A stretch of 29,475 bases of DNA from Pseudomonadota bacterium (GCA_043823065.1 JBDRBB010000017.1:1-29475), one strand, 5' to 3'. Shown: positions 1-9,727, numbered from the stretch's first letter. Translations and numbers: made by a program. Notes: generated by a model not told the origin, from the letters alone.

Positions 1-6
1 TGAAGA

Positions 7-93
7 GTTAAAATAGCGACTGTTTTTGCGAGTTAAAGGCTGACAGCGGCAAGACATTTAACTCGCTGTTTTTAAAAACAGCGCTATTTTAAC
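7..93. repeat. Long imperfect inverted repeat/hairpin with nested palindrome
   Basis: GTTAAAATAGCG-A-CTGTTTTT-GCGAGTTAAA (7-37) pairs with TTTAACTCGC...AAAAACAG-CGCTATTTTAAC (57-93). CGCTGTTTTTAAAAACAGCG (64-83) is also a perfect palindrome. Confidence 0.8.
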
Positions 94-160
94 GATGAAT
101 AGCCCGGTTTCGTGCGCCTGCTTTGAAGACCTTTTCCCCGAAAGGGAATTTTAAGCGGTC

Positions 161-787
161 TTACTCTTTTGGTTTTCGTTTAGGAAATAAGAAGGAAACG
201 CCGCCCATCATGCCAATATCAGCATTAAATGTATCTCCAGTAGGATTGGGAGTTGGGTGCAAATAGGAATTCACGTCCACGCGAAAAGCCAGCCAGGGCC
301 AGCCTGTATAAATTTTCATACCGCCACCAATCATACCCATAGGCATATTTCTCTGATTAATTCTAAAAACTCCCACACCTAAAGCAAAATAAAGATCGCA
401 TTCTATAATCGCATCACCAGCTCGAAATGCAGCATCATTGGAAATCATCACTTCAGCATCAATAATATGTTGTTTTTTAGTACGTAGACTTGTGCCAAAA
501 GTTGAACTCATGTCTGTAATAATTGGGGTATATGTATAAGTAGCGCCCACGGCAAAAGTATTATTCAGATGCAAAAAATAGCGGCCCCCTGCCATCCAGG
601 AATTATGGGTTTCATCACCTAAAAAATCGCCGCCAAATATGCCAAACTCGCTTTGCAGCTTTTTGGAAAGCCGGTATCCATGATCCACAGACTTATGCAA
701 AGGATCTTTAACTTCAGTTTCAGTTTCTGCAAAACAAGGTGAGGCAATAAACATTGCTAACACCGCTAACCAAAATATTTTTTTCAT
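161..787 (-). CDS. Outer-membrane beta-barrel protein (OMP_myx_plus/GltA-B-H-like)
   Basis: Start reassigned to MKKIFW (ATG 787, AAGGAA upstream). Sec signal ending ...PCFA; alternating amphipathic strands (GGRYFLHL, DLYFALGVG, GGGMKIY, LAFRVDV) and C-terminal GVSFLFP. Confidence 0.7.
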   Translation of the reverse strand: MKKIFWLAVLAMFIASPCFAETETEVKDPLHKSVDHGYRLSKKLQSEFGIFGGDFLGDETHNSWMAGGRYFLHLNNTFAVGATYTYTPIITDMSSTFGTSLRTKKQHIIDAEVMISNDAAFRAGDAIIECDLYFALGVGVFRINQRNMPMGMIGGGMKIYTGWPWLAFRVDVNSYLHPTPNPTGDTFNADIGMMGGVSFLFPKRKPKE

Positions 788-805
788 ATCTAATTCCTTA
801 AAAGC

Positions 806-871
806 GTATGTAGTATATGGTATATAGTATATAGTTTTTTTACTACATACCACATACTACCTACTATATAC
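806..871. repeat. Heptamer-periodic inverted repeat A
   Basis: GTATGTA GTATATG GTATATA GTATATA GT / T-run / ACTACAT ACCACAT ACTACCT ACTATAT AC. The right arm contains the last codons and TAG of the upstream MMPL gene. Confidence 0.8.
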
Positions 872-3523
872 GATTTTTGTAGCCACAATAGGCATCACCA
901 CTAATGCTGCTATTGCCGTACACACCGTACCAATTACCATAATTTCACCCAAGCTGGCAATTCCCTGATGTTTGGCAATCATCATCATACCAAAACCTAC
1001 AGCATTAGCAATGGCTGTTAACATAACCCCTGTTCCTGTCGCCCTACCTAAAGCTTCTAAAGTTTTCTCCTGCCTTAAACGGTGAATAATATGCACTCCA
1101 CTATCAACGCCAATGCCAATAATAATTGGTATAGCAAAAAAATTGGCCAAATTAAATGAAATACCAAACAATCCCATTATTGAAACCATCCACACCCCGC
1201 CCAATAACAAAGGCAGGCAAGCTAAAAGCGAAGCTTTCCAGGACCTGAAATCAAGATAAGTAAACAAGCAGATCACTAGAAAAGCCAAAATACCAGAGAT
1301 CAAAAAGGCCCGAACCATAAGATTTGATGATTCATAAACTTCAATAGGTGTGCCCAAAGCCAAAGGATCAATTTGACGAACATCTTGCACAAAACTTTGC
1401 AGCTTTTCTGGATCCCAGATATTTTCTTTAGGCGTAACATAAACTGCATAGCGTTCTTGAGAGCTGATAAAATGGCTCCTCAAAGCATCAGGCAGCTCTG
1501 CTAACTTAAGCGGCTTAGGATGCATACCAGAAGCCAGTAATTCTAATTTCTCCTGCAGATCTTGAAAAAAAGCTAATTCAAATTTTCTAAGCTGCAAACC
1601 AGCATTTGGACTTTGCCTTAAATTAGTCTGCAAATCACCCAAGCGTTGCCGAAAGTTTTCCAACTCTTCAACTGCATCTATACGACCAGCTTGAAAAGCT
1701 TGTTGCTCTAAATTTGCCAAAGATTCATCCACGCTATAAATGGTCTCAGCTAACTGTTTGGGGTTAGACTCTGCAACAAGCAAGGTTTTTTGCGCTTGCT
1801 TGATAATTGGTTTTAGTTCGGCAAAATGCGGAGCCATTTTTTTGACAATTGCCATTCTTTGCTGCTGATCTAATGGAACATAATCGGTAATTTCATCCAC
1901 TTTTTTTACGTTAGGCAAGGCCAGATATTGCTGTGCCAGTTGGGCTGAAGCCTGCGGGCTATCAACAATGGAAATAGCAAACCAAGAAGATTCATCGCTT
2001 TCATCAATTAATTTTCTTTCATAAATAACTGATTCCAAACCTTTGGCCTGCAACTCTAATAGATTAAAATTAAAGTTAGTCTTTCGGGCAAAATAGCCAA
2101 GCCCCACAGTAAACATTATAGCTATAATCAATACTAATTTAGAATGTTCATAAATTTTAGGAAGAAAAACCGGGCTAAGCACGGGTTTGGGAGTGTCTTG
2201 ATGGCGACGGTCTCTAATCACCAACATTGCTGGCAAGACAATTAGCATGGCTAGCAAACAAAAAATAATACCCAGGCCGGCAATTAAACCCAATTGGGAC
2301 AAGGCTTTAAAGTTGGTAAATAATAATGTGCCAAAAGCTGCGGCAGTTGTGCCAGCACTGGTTAAATCTGCCGGCCCAATTGCCAAAAGCATTTTTTTTA
2401 CTGCTGCATCTATATGGCGTTCGCGCACTAATTCTTCTTGATAACGAGCCACCACATGAATGGCATATTCAATAGAAGCTCCCACCAGGATTATAGCAAA
2501 GACAATGGAAAGCAGATTAAGTGTGCCAATAAAAATGGCTACAAAACCATAGGTCCAGGCAATGCCAAAAAGCAAAGAGACCATAGCTAGAGCAGGTCTG
2601 GTTATACTGCGAAAAGAAATAATAAAAATAACACCCACTGCCACAATGGCCAAAATTGTGGCCAAATTCATATCCTGATTAGAAGAGGTCATTTCATCTG
2701 CAGCCAAAACCGGGCGGCCAGTCAAGCCTGCTTTGATTTCTGGAAACTTAAGCTTAATTTGAGCAATAACTTTTCTAATCTCTTGCAAAGGCCCCTGAAT
2801 TATTTCCAGGGTCTCATAATTCTTGGCCGGCATGATTAAACACAACAAAAACCGTTTATTTTTGGTAATCAAAAAACCATCTGGATCAAAAACCTCTCCT
2901 TCGAAAAACAATTTTTCCAAATGAGATTCATAAGCAGCATCACTTATAATTGTGCTATTTAAGGAAACAATTAGATCATCTAAAAATGTAAAACCGATTT
3001 CCAACTTTTCCTCATCTTTGGAGGAGATTGGTTTGGAGACTTCCTTATTTATCTGCTGAAATAACTGGTTGAGACTGGTAAAAGCAGCAAAATTCTTAAT
3101 GGAAAAAACCCCATTGGTAACAAAATCATTTAGATTATTGAGCTGGTCTTGATCAAAAAGCAGCAAAAAACTTTTTTCCAAAGCTGGATTATCAATTTTA
3201 TAAGTTACTTCTTTGATATCTGGCAATTGCTTAAGTCTGGCAGCAACCTCAGTAGTGAACTTTTTAGCTTGGGCTAAATTGTTATCCACTTCCACTACTA
3301 AATATAAATATTCCTGATCGCCAAATTCGCGCAAAAAATCTTTGTATCTTTTGTGAAAAGCCAAATTTTCAGAAATTAAATTATCCTGATCTGCGTCTAA
3401 GGAAAGATGGGTTACTGCTGCAACAACAGACAGCGCAGCTAAAGTAATGGCTACGATGACAATTTTCCACGGATGTTTGGGAATTACTTCCCCCAGATAT
3501 GTAAATATTTTCTGGCGTAGCAT
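857..3523 (-). CDS. hpnN: MMPL/RND transporter, hopanoid transporter HpnN-like
   Basis: 888 aa with two RND halves and large periplasmic domains; motifs GLTGRPVLAADE, IGIGVDSGVHIIHR, HQGIASLG. Directly downstream of an hpnO-like aminotransferase. Confidence 0.8.
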   Translation of the reverse strand: MLRQKIFTYLGEVIPKHPWKIVIVAITLAALSVVAAVTHLSLDADQDNLISENLAFHKRYKDFLREFGDQEYLYLVVEVDNNLAQAKKFTTEVAARLKQLPDIKEVTYKIDNPALEKSFLLLFDQDQLNNLNDFVTNGVFSIKNFAAFTSLNQLFQQINKEVSKPISSKDEEKLEIGFTFLDDLIVSLNSTIISDAAYESHLEKLFFEGEVFDPDGFLITKNKRFLLCLIMPAKNYETLEIIQGPLQEIRKVIAQIKLKFPEIKAGLTGRPVLAADEMTSSNQDMNLATILAIVAVGVIFIISFRSITRPALAMVSLLFGIAWTYGFVAIFIGTLNLLSIVFAIILVGASIEYAIHVVARYQEELVRERHIDAAVKKMLLAIGPADLTSAGTTAAAFGTLLFTNFKALSQLGLIAGLGIIFCLLAMLIVLPAMLVIRDRRHQDTPKPVLSPVFLPKIYEHSKLVLIIAIMFTVGLGYFARKTNFNFNLLELQAKGLESVIYERKLIDESDESSWFAISIVDSPQASAQLAQQYLALPNVKKVDEITDYVPLDQQQRMAIVKKMAPHFAELKPIIKQAQKTLLVAESNPKQLAETIYSVDESLANLEQQAFQAGRIDAVEELENFRQRLGDLQTNLRQSPNAGLQLRKFELAFFQDLQEKLELLASGMHPKPLKLAELPDALRSHFISSQERYAVYVTPKENIWDPEKLQSFVQDVRQIDPLALGTPIEVYESSNLMVRAFLISGILAFLVICLFTYLDFRSWKASLLACLPLLLGGVWMVSIMGLFGISFNLANFFAIPIIIGIGVDSGVHIIHRLRQEKTLEALGRATGTGVMLTAIANAVGFGMMMIAKHQGIASLGEIMVIGTVCTAIAALVVMPIVATKIVYSR

Positions 3524-3524
3524 A

Positions 3525-4919
3525 TTATGCCGTGCTTCTAGCTTTGATTGCCTCGGTAGTTAGTTTTTTACCTATGGTCCAAGCATTACCAGGAAAGCGA
3601 TGACAGTCTTGCATCACTTTTTCAAAAGCATTTAAAAATCTATTTACCTGGGTTTCATTAATCACCAGCGGCGGCAGCAATTTTACAATATCCACGTTGT
3701 GCCCGGCAACCTGAGTTAAAATACCATGATCAGCCATTAAAGGCACTACCACCATTTGGCCAAATAAACCTTTGTTTACTGCATGCACAATCTTCCAACC
3801 AGCTTTAAGCGAAAATGAGGTTGGCGGGCCAAATTCAATGCCCACCATTAACCCCAAGTTGCGCACTTCATGCAGCATTTCATATCTATCGATCATGGCC
3901 CGCAAACCAGCGCCCAGCATCTCTCCCATGCGCGCTGCGTTTTCCACAATCTTTTCATCTTCCATTACTGCCAAAGTGGCTAAACCTGCGGTCATAGCTA
4001 AAACATTTCTGCCAAACGTGTTGGAATGCACCACGCAATGTTCCATGCTGCAAAAAACCTTGTCGTAAATTGCTTTGGTATAAACAATAGCGCCAATTGG
4101 CACATATCCGCCTGACAGGCCTTTGGCCATGGTGACAATATCTGGACTTAAATCCCAATGCTGATGAGCAAACCAGCGACCTGTTCGACCAAAACCAGTT
4201 TGCACTTCATCCACAATTAAAAGCGTTCCATACTGGCGACAAAGTTTTTCTGCTTCAGGATAAAAACGGGGATCAGCAACATACACGCCTTTGCCTTGCA
4301 CTGGCTCAATCATAAATGCTGCTACATCTTTTTGCTTAAGCTCTTTTTCCAATGCTTCTAAATTATTAAAGGGAATGGTTTCGCAACCTGGCAAAAGCTC
4401 GCCAAAACCATTTTTAAATTCAGCATTTCCATTTAAAGCAAGCGCGCCGGTGGTTAAGCCATGAAAAGAATGATCCCAGGCCAGGATCCGCTTTCTACCA
4501 GTAGCTTTGCGGGCAAATTTAATAGCACCTTCATTGGCTTCTGTGCCAGAGTTGGTAAAAAAAACGCGTTCAAGTTTTGGAGAGTTTATAACGGCAAGCA
4601 AGCGTTCTGCTAAAAGGCCGGCAAGAAGTGGTGTATCCATTTGAACCATGTTGGGCCAGTCTGCATCCAATGCTAGTTTTAGTTGTTCCTTAATTTTAGG
4701 ATGATTGCGGCCGATATTGAAAACACCATAGCCTGCTAAAAAATCTAGATACTCCTTACCTTCTTGATCGTAAAGAAATGGTCCTTCAGCGCGCACATAT
4801 TTTTTGGCAAAACCAATGGTTTTTAATACTTTGGTTAGTTGGGGATTAAGATATTTGGCAAAAAGTTCAGCTTCCCTGCCAATATGTGTTTCGACTAAGG
4901 TTTTAACATCAGGGTTCAT
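3525..4919 (-). CDS. hpnO: Class III PLP aminotransferase, HpnO-like (aminobacteriohopanetriol synthase)
   Basis: YLDFLAGYGVFNIGRNHP, NSGTEANE, SFHG, EPVQGKG, DEVQTGFGRTG, AKGLSGG, VVHSNTF and LFGQMVVVPL fit the HpnO subfamily. Start moved to ATG 4919 after GGAGG. Adjacent to hpnN. Confidence 0.75.
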   Translation of the reverse strand: MNPDVKTLVETHIGREAELFAKYLNPQLTKVLKTIGFAKKYVRAEGPFLYDQEGKEYLDFLAGYGVFNIGRNHPKIKEQLKLALDADWPNMVQMDTPLLAGLLAERLLAVINSPKLERVFFTNSGTEANEGAIKFARKATGRKRILAWDHSFHGLTTGALALNGNAEFKNGFGELLPGCETIPFNNLEALEKELKQKDVAAFMIEPVQGKGVYVADPRFYPEAEKLCRQYGTLLIVDEVQTGFGRTGRWFAHQHWDLSPDIVTMAKGLSGGYVPIGAIVYTKAIYDKVFCSMEHCVVHSNTFGRNVLAMTAGLATLAVMEDEKIVENAARMGEMLGAGLRAMIDRYEMLHEVRNLGLMVGIEFGPPTSFSLKAGWKIVHAVNKGLFGQMVVVPLMADHGILTQVAGHNVDIVKLLPPLVINETQVNRFLNAFEKVMQDCHRFPGNAWTIGKKLTTEAIKARSTA

Positions 4920-5023
4920 TGGGCCTCCAATTAAAGGAGGCTTTCTAACAAACTTTGGTCTGACACGCAATGATAATAAAAAATCATTGATTTTGCTTAG
5001 GTTTCATGGTTTAAGTAATGATC

Positions 5024-5503
5024 ATGAGCACTACCCGCACTCCCATGACCCCTAATGGCAAAAAGCTTTTAGAAGAACGCCTAAAATATCTGAAATCTGT
5101 AGAGCGTCCTCAAAATATTGCAGCAATTGAAGAAGCCAGAAATCACGGTGATTTAAGCGAAAACGCCGAATATGACGCTGCTAAAGAACGCCAACTGCAA
5201 ATCAGCACCCAGATCCAGGAAATTGAACATAAGCTATCTTTGGCCCATGTCATTGATCCTGCTGCCATCAATTCAGAAAAAATCGTGTTTGGCGCAACAG
5301 TCACCATGCGCAATTTAGACAATGATGACCAAGCCACTTACACCATTGTTGGCGTAGATGAAGCTGACATCAAACATGGCAAGATTTCAATTGAATCCCC
5401 TATTGCCCGCGCTTTAATCAGCAGACAAGTTGGCGATGAAGTTAAAGTACGCACGCCTAAAGGCATAGCTGAATACGAAGTCATTAAAATAGAATATCGT
5501 TAA
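5024..5503 (+). CDS. greA: Transcription elongation factor GreA
   Basis: EARNHGDLSENAEYDAAKERQ, FGATV, ISIESPIARALI motifs. Confidence 0.97.
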   Translation: MSTTRTPMTPNGKKLLEERLKYLKSVERPQNIAAIEEARNHGDLSENAEYDAAKERQLQISTQIQEIEHKLSLAHVIDPAAINSEKIVFGATVTMRNLDNDDQATYTIVGVDEADIKHGKISIESPIARALISRQVGDEVKVRTPKGIAEYEVIKIEYR

Positions 5504-5526
5504 TCTTATTAACATAAGAGGTGTTT

Positions 5527-7410
5527 ATGAAAATTATGAAGCAAAAAAGATTTTTAAGCTTGGTGATGAGCTGCATCCTGGGCGCGTTTATTTTGAGCAT
5601 GGGCTGCACTGAAGACAAGGCAGTTGATACTGGACTAGATCAAACCATTGACCAAGGCACTATTGAAGAAATTATCGTCGAACCTGGAGAAGGCCCAGAA
5701 GTAGTAAGCCCACCACCACCTCCCAGTGCAGTATGCGGTGATGGAGAATGCAATGGCGAAGAAACTGCAGCAACTTGCCCTGCAGATTGCGAGCCAGGCC
5801 TGCCCCAAGCTTCACTTCATCAACCAGGTTCCAGGGAAAATGTAGCTACAGATCTAACTGAAATAATTGTGCGCTTTAATGAACCCATGAATTTGGAAGC
5901 AATACCAGCCACTCCTATTACTCTAACCAGAGTTGGCGGAGAAGCACTACGCGGCGAAGCAGTTGTTAGACCTACTGCAGATGGTAGTGTCTCAGAAGTT
6001 GTTTTTACTTTAGATCCTGGTGTTAATTTAAATCATTACACAGAATATATAATTGCAGCTTCCAGTGAATTTACTGATCAAGATGGCCACACTTTAGCTG
6101 AACTTGGTGCGCCAACTAGTTGGAACATAACCACTGCTCATGGTTGGGATCCAGCTTTTACCGTAAAAACAGCAGATCCTGGCGAAACTTTGGCTCAACC
6201 CAAAGCTACCTTAGATGCTCAAGGCAATGCTATGATTGTTTATCGTTCTGATATAGGCGCCACACATACTATTAATTTTGAAAGATATGTTAATGGTCGC
6301 CTGGAACCTGGATATGCTAGCAAAGTAGCAATGGAAGATATTTTACCAACAGGAGAACTACTAGTAGATTCTGATGCAAATGGAAATGCTTTAGTAGTAC
6401 TTGGACAACCAGTTACAGTGTTGGCTGCATATTTCAATCAAAGTCTGGAAAATCTAAATGCCAGATGGAGAGATTCATCAAATATTGCTGTACCAGGCGT
6501 TGTTCCAGAAGGTGAACCTAGTTTAGACATGAATGCCAGCGGCCAAGCCTTTGCAGTCTGGGTTCAAGACGGGAATGCAACCATCTATGGTAATCATTTT
6601 AGTGGAGGTTCTTGGCTAGCAGCCCCTCAAAAATTATATGATCGAACAGCAAATCCACCTAGAATGTATGCTGATCAACCAATGGTGCGCATTAATAATA
6701 GCGGTGCTGCTAAAGTGGCATGGCTAGGTGGTCACTTGGCTGGTGGAGCATTTGAGCCTGGAAGTCGAATCGGGTCTTTGCGTTTTTCATATAATAACGA
6801 AGCACGCTCCTGGAATTTGACCAGTTATGACCAAGTTGCCAATTGCGGTATAGCGTGTAAGGTTTATGATATTTCGCAAGTTGATAGACACGGTAATGTA
6901 TATGCACTTTGGGATCAAAATGGCCCAGATCGAACTCCTGACACTGCTGACGATGGAATTTATGTAAATATCCGGCCCGCTGGTGGTGAATGGACTACAC
7001 TAATTGATAACACTGTAGAGGTTGGAAATCCTCAAATTGTTGCTAAACCAAGCGAAGAATTTGGCGATCCTGCTGATCCAATAGTCATGGCTTGGATCCG
7101 TGAAGGAAATGTTCGAGTTCAAGTTAATGCTGAACCAAGTTTGCAACTTAATGCTGAATTACTTGGCCCTACGTTTCTTCAACTAGCACGTGGTGATAAT
7201 AGCGCTATGGCAATTTGGTTGAGAGGCCCCCAATTTGTACAAGGTCGAAGATATCAGTTTGGTGAAACCTGGGATTCTGAGATACCTATTAGCACCGTTG
7301 GCGCTGCTTCGGCTCCATTTGTGGCTATGAACAGCTCTGACACAATCATAGTGGTCTGGATTCAGCAGCACGAAGGAATCCAAACCATTCAAGCTCGCTA
7401 CTATCGTTAA
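5527..7410 (+). CDS. Large surface lipoprotein: Pro-rich linker, Cys-rich motif, Ig-like (Big_5-type) domain, C-terminal beta-repeat/propeller
   Basis: Lipobox ILSMG|C; PPPPP linker; CGDGECNGEETAATCPADC; IIVRFNEPMN...LNHYTEY...DQDGHTL Ig-like signature; repeated D/N-xxG-x-A-x-xVW blades. Exact start (5521/5527/5536) uncertain. Confidence 0.7.
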   Translation: MKIMKQKRFLSLVMSCILGAFILSMGCTEDKAVDTGLDQTIDQGTIEEIIVEPGEGPEVVSPPPPPSAVCGDGECNGEETAATCPADCEPGLPQASLHQPGSRENVATDLTEIIVRFNEPMNLEAIPATPITLTRVGGEALRGEAVVRPTADGSVSEVVFTLDPGVNLNHYTEYIIAASSEFTDQDGHTLAELGAPTSWNITTAHGWDPAFTVKTADPGETLAQPKATLDAQGNAMIVYRSDIGATHTINFERYVNGRLEPGYASKVAMEDILPTGELLVDSDANGNALVVLGQPVTVLAAYFNQSLENLNARWRDSSNIAVPGVVPEGEPSLDMNASGQAFAVWVQDGNATIYGNHFSGGSWLAAPQKLYDRTANPPRMYADQPMVRINNSGAAKVAWLGGHLAGGAFEPGSRIGSLRFSYNNEARSWNLTSYDQVANCGIACKVYDISQVDRHGNVYALWDQNGPDRTPDTADDGIYVNIRPAGGEWTTLIDNTVEVGNPQIVAKPSEEFGDPADPIVMAWIREGNVRVQVNAEPSLQLNAELLGPTFLQLARGDNSAMAIWLRGPQFVQGRRYQFGETWDSEIPISTVGAASAPFVAMNSSDTIIVVWIQQHEGIQTIQARYYR

Positions 7411-7504
7411 GTTTCTCGACAAGCTCGAAAACTAGATTTTGACAGCCTATCTTTTCTGTTCTCATTTTGAGAAAAACGTCAGAGCCCTGCATTTTTATCA
7501 TTAA

Positions 7505-7531
7505 AAAACCCCTTGTTTTTCAAGGGGTTTT
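7505..7531. terminator. Palindromic hairpin, possible bidirectional terminator
   Basis: AAAACCCCTTG-TTTTT-CAAGGGGTTTT downstream of the lipoprotein gene. Confidence 0.55.
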
Positions 7532-7876
7532 AATTTGCTCTAAATTTGCTCCGTCTGATTTTTGGACAAAAAAGCTGGCACAGGTAATGCATATATAGTG
7601 GTTGGAAACGAGGTGAGGCAAATGGTAGTCGGCAACATAAAAACCAAAGATATTATAATCCACCCTGCTTGTTTGATGCACTGCTTTGGAGTTTGTTGCT
7701 ATTTTCACCTCCTGGCCAAAGCCTTGTCCCCCAAGACTTTTCGCTTTATTGACCTAATTTGGAAGCGTTAAATCTATTGCGCCCTCCTTTTTTACTTGAA
7801 AAAAAACTTCAAATCTGAGATGAAGCGCACTTGTTTTAAATCTTAAATATCATCAATCATCCCAAGGAGATTCACA

Positions 7877-8464
7877 ATGGTCTGGAACTGTCATGATCTA
7901 ATTAATGGTTTTTGCTGTAACGGTGAAATAGATAATCTGGCTTTTGGTATCTGTGTTGATAGAAGTAATTATATACCAGCTGCAGGGAATTTTGAGGTAA
8001 TTTCCTCTGTTTCTGATGAATGTATTTATTTAGATAATAATGATGAGTTTGATCGAATTTGCTTTAGTTATCCGAGATCCTCCTCAACTTTGGCTTTTTT
8101 TGCAGATTATGAGGACGAGCCAGTCTGCTCCTATCCATTAAGTCCCTCTGTCTGCGAATTTGAAGCTGCGCATCTTGGCTTTTCATTTCATAGCAGATCA
8201 ACAGACCGAACTATGAACCACAATACTTTTGTTAATCCTAACTTAATTAATTCATCTTCACCAGGAAGGTCTGTCACCTTTACCAGGTTTAGCACTACCT
8301 GGAGAGTATCTGTGGGCGAATATTGTCAGTTTGAACCAAGCTATAGTGCGTTTGATAGTGTCAATCTCTTGCCAGCAGATCCATGGGCTGATGAAAAACC
8401 AATAAGCACCAGACTGAACAAACTGGAACCTTTAAGTGCCAGAATGAGACTAAGAACCTCTTAA
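7877..8464 (+). CDS. Hypothetical Cys-rich protein
   Basis: 195-aa ORF with good SD (AAGGAG 7864-7869); no family recognised; its 3' end overlaps the convergent dctM. Confidence 0.55.
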   Translation: MVWNCHDLINGFCCNGEIDNLAFGICVDRSNYIPAAGNFEVISSVSDECIYLDNNDEFDRICFSYPRSSSTLAFFADYEDEPVCSYPLSPSVCEFEAAHLGFSFHSRSTDRTMNHNTFVNPNLINSSSPGRSVTFTRFSTTWRVSVGEYCQFEPSYSAFDSVNLLPADPWADEKPISTRLNKLEPLSARMRLRTS

Positions 8465-9727
8465 TATCTTAATCAATCCCAAAGATATGTCTGGCACATA
8501 GGTGATAACCAGCAAACAGATTATCAGCACCAATAGAAAAGGCAGCACAGACCTACAGAGCTGCGGGATAGGCTTCTTCAAACGATAACTTGAGATAAAC
8601 AAGTTCAAGCCAACTGGTGGCGTTAAATAACCAATTTCCAAATTAGTTAAGAAAATAATTCCCAAATGAATTGGGTTAATCCCAAACTCGCTGGCAATGG
8701 GCAAGATCAAAGGCACCACCACAATAATTGCGGAAAAAATATCCATTAAACAACCCACTGCCAATAAGCATAAATTCAGTACGATTAAAAAAGTATATTT
8801 ACTGGAAATATATTGGCGCATTAAAGCAATGATCTTAGTGGGCACTTCAGCATCAACTAAATAATTGGTCAGACCCATAGCACAACCTAAGATTACCAAA
8901 ACTCCGCCAACTAGAATCATAGAATCAGCGGCAATGCGCGGAATATCACGAAAGGGTTTTAAGTCCCGATAAATAACCAACTCCACAAACAAAACATAAA
9001 CTACAGTTACTGCTGCAGCTTCTGAAGCAGTAAAAATTCCACCATAAATTCCACCCAAAATAATAATAGGTAAAGGCACAATCCAAATGGCCTGGGCAAA
9101 AGCTTTTATTAACGTCTTTAAGCAAAATGCCTGCTTTTGCACCTTGGCTTTTACACCTATATGAATACTATAAATAGAAAGCGCTGCGATTAATAAAACA
9201 CCAGGAACAATACCAGCCAGAAAAAGCTCATCCACATTAACCCGAGCAATAATAGCATAAAGAATCAAAGGCAAACTTGGCGGGAAAAGCAAACCCAAAC
9301 TACCGCTGGTGGTCATCAAACCCATGGAAAAACGTTCAGGGTATTTTTCTTTGATCAAAATTGGATAAAGCAAGCCACCCAAGGCAATAATGGTCACGCC
9401 TGAAGCGCCAGTAAAAGCTGTAAAAAAAGCACAAGCAATTAAACAAACGATGGCCAAACCGCCTGGCATCCAGCCAACTAAAGCTTGCACCAGGTCCACT
9501 AAGCGCTTGGGTGTTTTGGAATTAGCCATTAAATAACCAGCAAAGGTAAATAAAGGGATAGCCACCAAGGTAGGAGCAGATGCCATGCGATACATTTCAA
9601 TGATTACTGCAGAAATATCTATGCCTGCGATGGCAAATAACAGTAAAGCCAGACCGCCAAAAAAAACAAACAGAGGTGCGCCACACAGGGCGCAAATAAT
9701 CATGATCGCCAAAATTAAAGGGATCAT
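8450..9727 (-). CDS. dctM: TRAP transporter large permease DctM
   Basis: AIPLFTFAG, GSLGLLFPPSLPLILY, EIGYLTPPVGLNLF; highly hydrophobic. Confidence 0.95.
   Translation of the reverse strand: MIPLILAIMIICALCGAPLFVFFGGLALLLFAIAGIDISAVIIEMYRMASAPTLVAIPLFTFAGYLMANSKTPKRLVDLVQALVGWMPGGLAIVCLIACAFFTAFTGASGVTIIALGGLLYPILIKEKYPERFSMGLMTTSGSLGLLFPPSLPLILYAIIARVNVDELFLAGIVPGVLLIAALSIYSIHIGVKAKVQKQAFCLKTLIKAFAQAIWIVPLPIIILGGIYGGIFTASEAAAVTVVYVLFVELVIYRDLKPFRDIPRIAADSMILVGGVLVILGCAMGLTNYLVDAEVPTKIIALMRQYISSKYTFLIVLNLCLLAVGCLMDIFSAIIVVVPLILPIASEFGINPIHLGIIFLTNLEIGYLTPPVGLNLFISSYRLKKPIPQLCRSVLPFLLVLIICLLVITYVPDISLGLIKILRGS

Noticed and set aside
1..100. Hammerhead ribozyme (TGAAGA followed by a long stem)
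   Set aside because: The stem is followed by GATG rather than the required GAAA, and the flanking helices cannot be seen.
788..853. N-terminal extensions given by the ORF track (OMP, hpnO, thyA, rdgB, 23147, ihfB)
   Set aside because: They run through repeats or upstream of clear SD sites; downstream starts fit the family N-termini better.
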